64,000 bases of DNA, taken from contig NEEC01000002.1 in assembly GCA_002189035.1 (NCBI GenBank), forward strand, positions 3,906,001 to 3,970,000, given 5' to 3'. The translations under genes were made by a program, and so were the position numbers. Positions 63,217 through 64,000 of the stretch are shown here, one piece after another. The first letter of the stretch is position 1. Every line of letters begins with the position of its first letter. The DNA is from Utricularia gibba (taxonomy: Eukaryota > Plantae > Magnoliophyta). Below the pieces are notes generated by a model. It saw only the letters and a program-made list of their open reading frames with translations, made no database searches and was not told the DNA's origin.

Positions 63217-64000
63217 ATGTTTATATGTTTTGTGATTCGGTTGATGCATTTGCGTTCTTCTGGTGCAGGTGATCTTGTTTTCCATCCAGAAATCAAGAGA
63301 ACTATCAGCAAGAACCGCACAAGAGTGAGAGAAGCAACAAGGTTGAGCAAACTTCCTGTTGTTGCTCAAACTAATTTCAATATGGCAGAACAGGAGAAGA
63401 CCCTGAATGAGCTTGATGCAGCTGACCATACGTACAGAGGGCTGTGTATTAGGTTCTCTGATGACACAGCCAACAAATTGAAGCCAGCTAGTATTAATTT
63501 TCTGCCCAAGTATTATGGAAAAGTGGGTGAGAACCCACATGAACATCAGGAAAACGTGACTGCTGTTTGCACCTCTTTTAAGAGTGCTAGTATGACTGAG
63601 GATGCCATCTGTTTGAGGGCATTCCAATTTACACTGGAAGGAAGTGCAAAAATGTGGTTCAATTCTCTGAAGCCTGGGAGTATCAAAGATTGGAGTGGTA
63701 TGAAGAAGGTATTCTTGAGTAAATATTTCCCTGCTTCAAAAGCTGAAGGAATAAGGAAGGAAATTAGTGATATTGAGCAATCAAATGGTGAATCTTTACA
63801 TGAATATTGGGAGCGCTTTAATCACCTGCTAGGCTCCTGTCCACACCACGGATTTCAGACCAATGCATTGGTCAAGTATTTTTATGATGGTCTTCTATGC
63901 ACGGATTTCAGACCAATGCAGTGGACTCTGCAGCAGGTGGGTTTTTGAGAAAAATAACTTCCACAGAAGCTCTTGCATTACTTGAGGAGTTGGCTGAGCA
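63217..64000 (+). pseudogene. Athila gag, frameshifted near 63900 and running off the window
   Basis: FHPEIKRT; LPKYYGKVGENPHEH; LRAFQFTLEGSAKMWFNSLKPGSI; ESLHEYWERF; CPHHGF. Confidence 0.9.

Noticed and set aside
1-64000. CRISPR arrays, rRNA, organellar insertions, caulimovirid genes, Helitron ends
   Set aside because: No repeat-spacer structure or recognisable motifs seen by eye. Most remaining short ORFs in the track are antisense shadows of TE sequence.

Overview
Plant nuclear DNA, probably from a eudicot, made almost entirely of nested and rearranged transposons. It contains: one Ty1/copia Angela-type family (about 9 LTR pieces and 3 internal copies); an older Angela-like element folded into a palindrome; a degraded copia; one near-complete Ty3/gypsy Tat-type element with a second (archaeal-type) RNase H; several Athila-type gypsy fragments and solo LTRs; and three hAT transposase relics. 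One host gene is recognisable, a GIR1-like EAR-motif repressor at 23282-23604, with a 1-bp frameshift as assembled. Main leads: (1) a three-intron spliced antisense gene inside the Tat element; (2) three Angela copies that share inactivating lesions in all three pairwise combinations; (3) recurrent foldback and inversion junctions with locally templated filler DNA; (4) the frameshifted GIR1-like gene next to a 1.5-kb-arm inverted repeat. No rRNA, tRNA gene or CRISPR array was seen. All alignments and identities are by eye, no database search was run, and family names come from recalled motifs.
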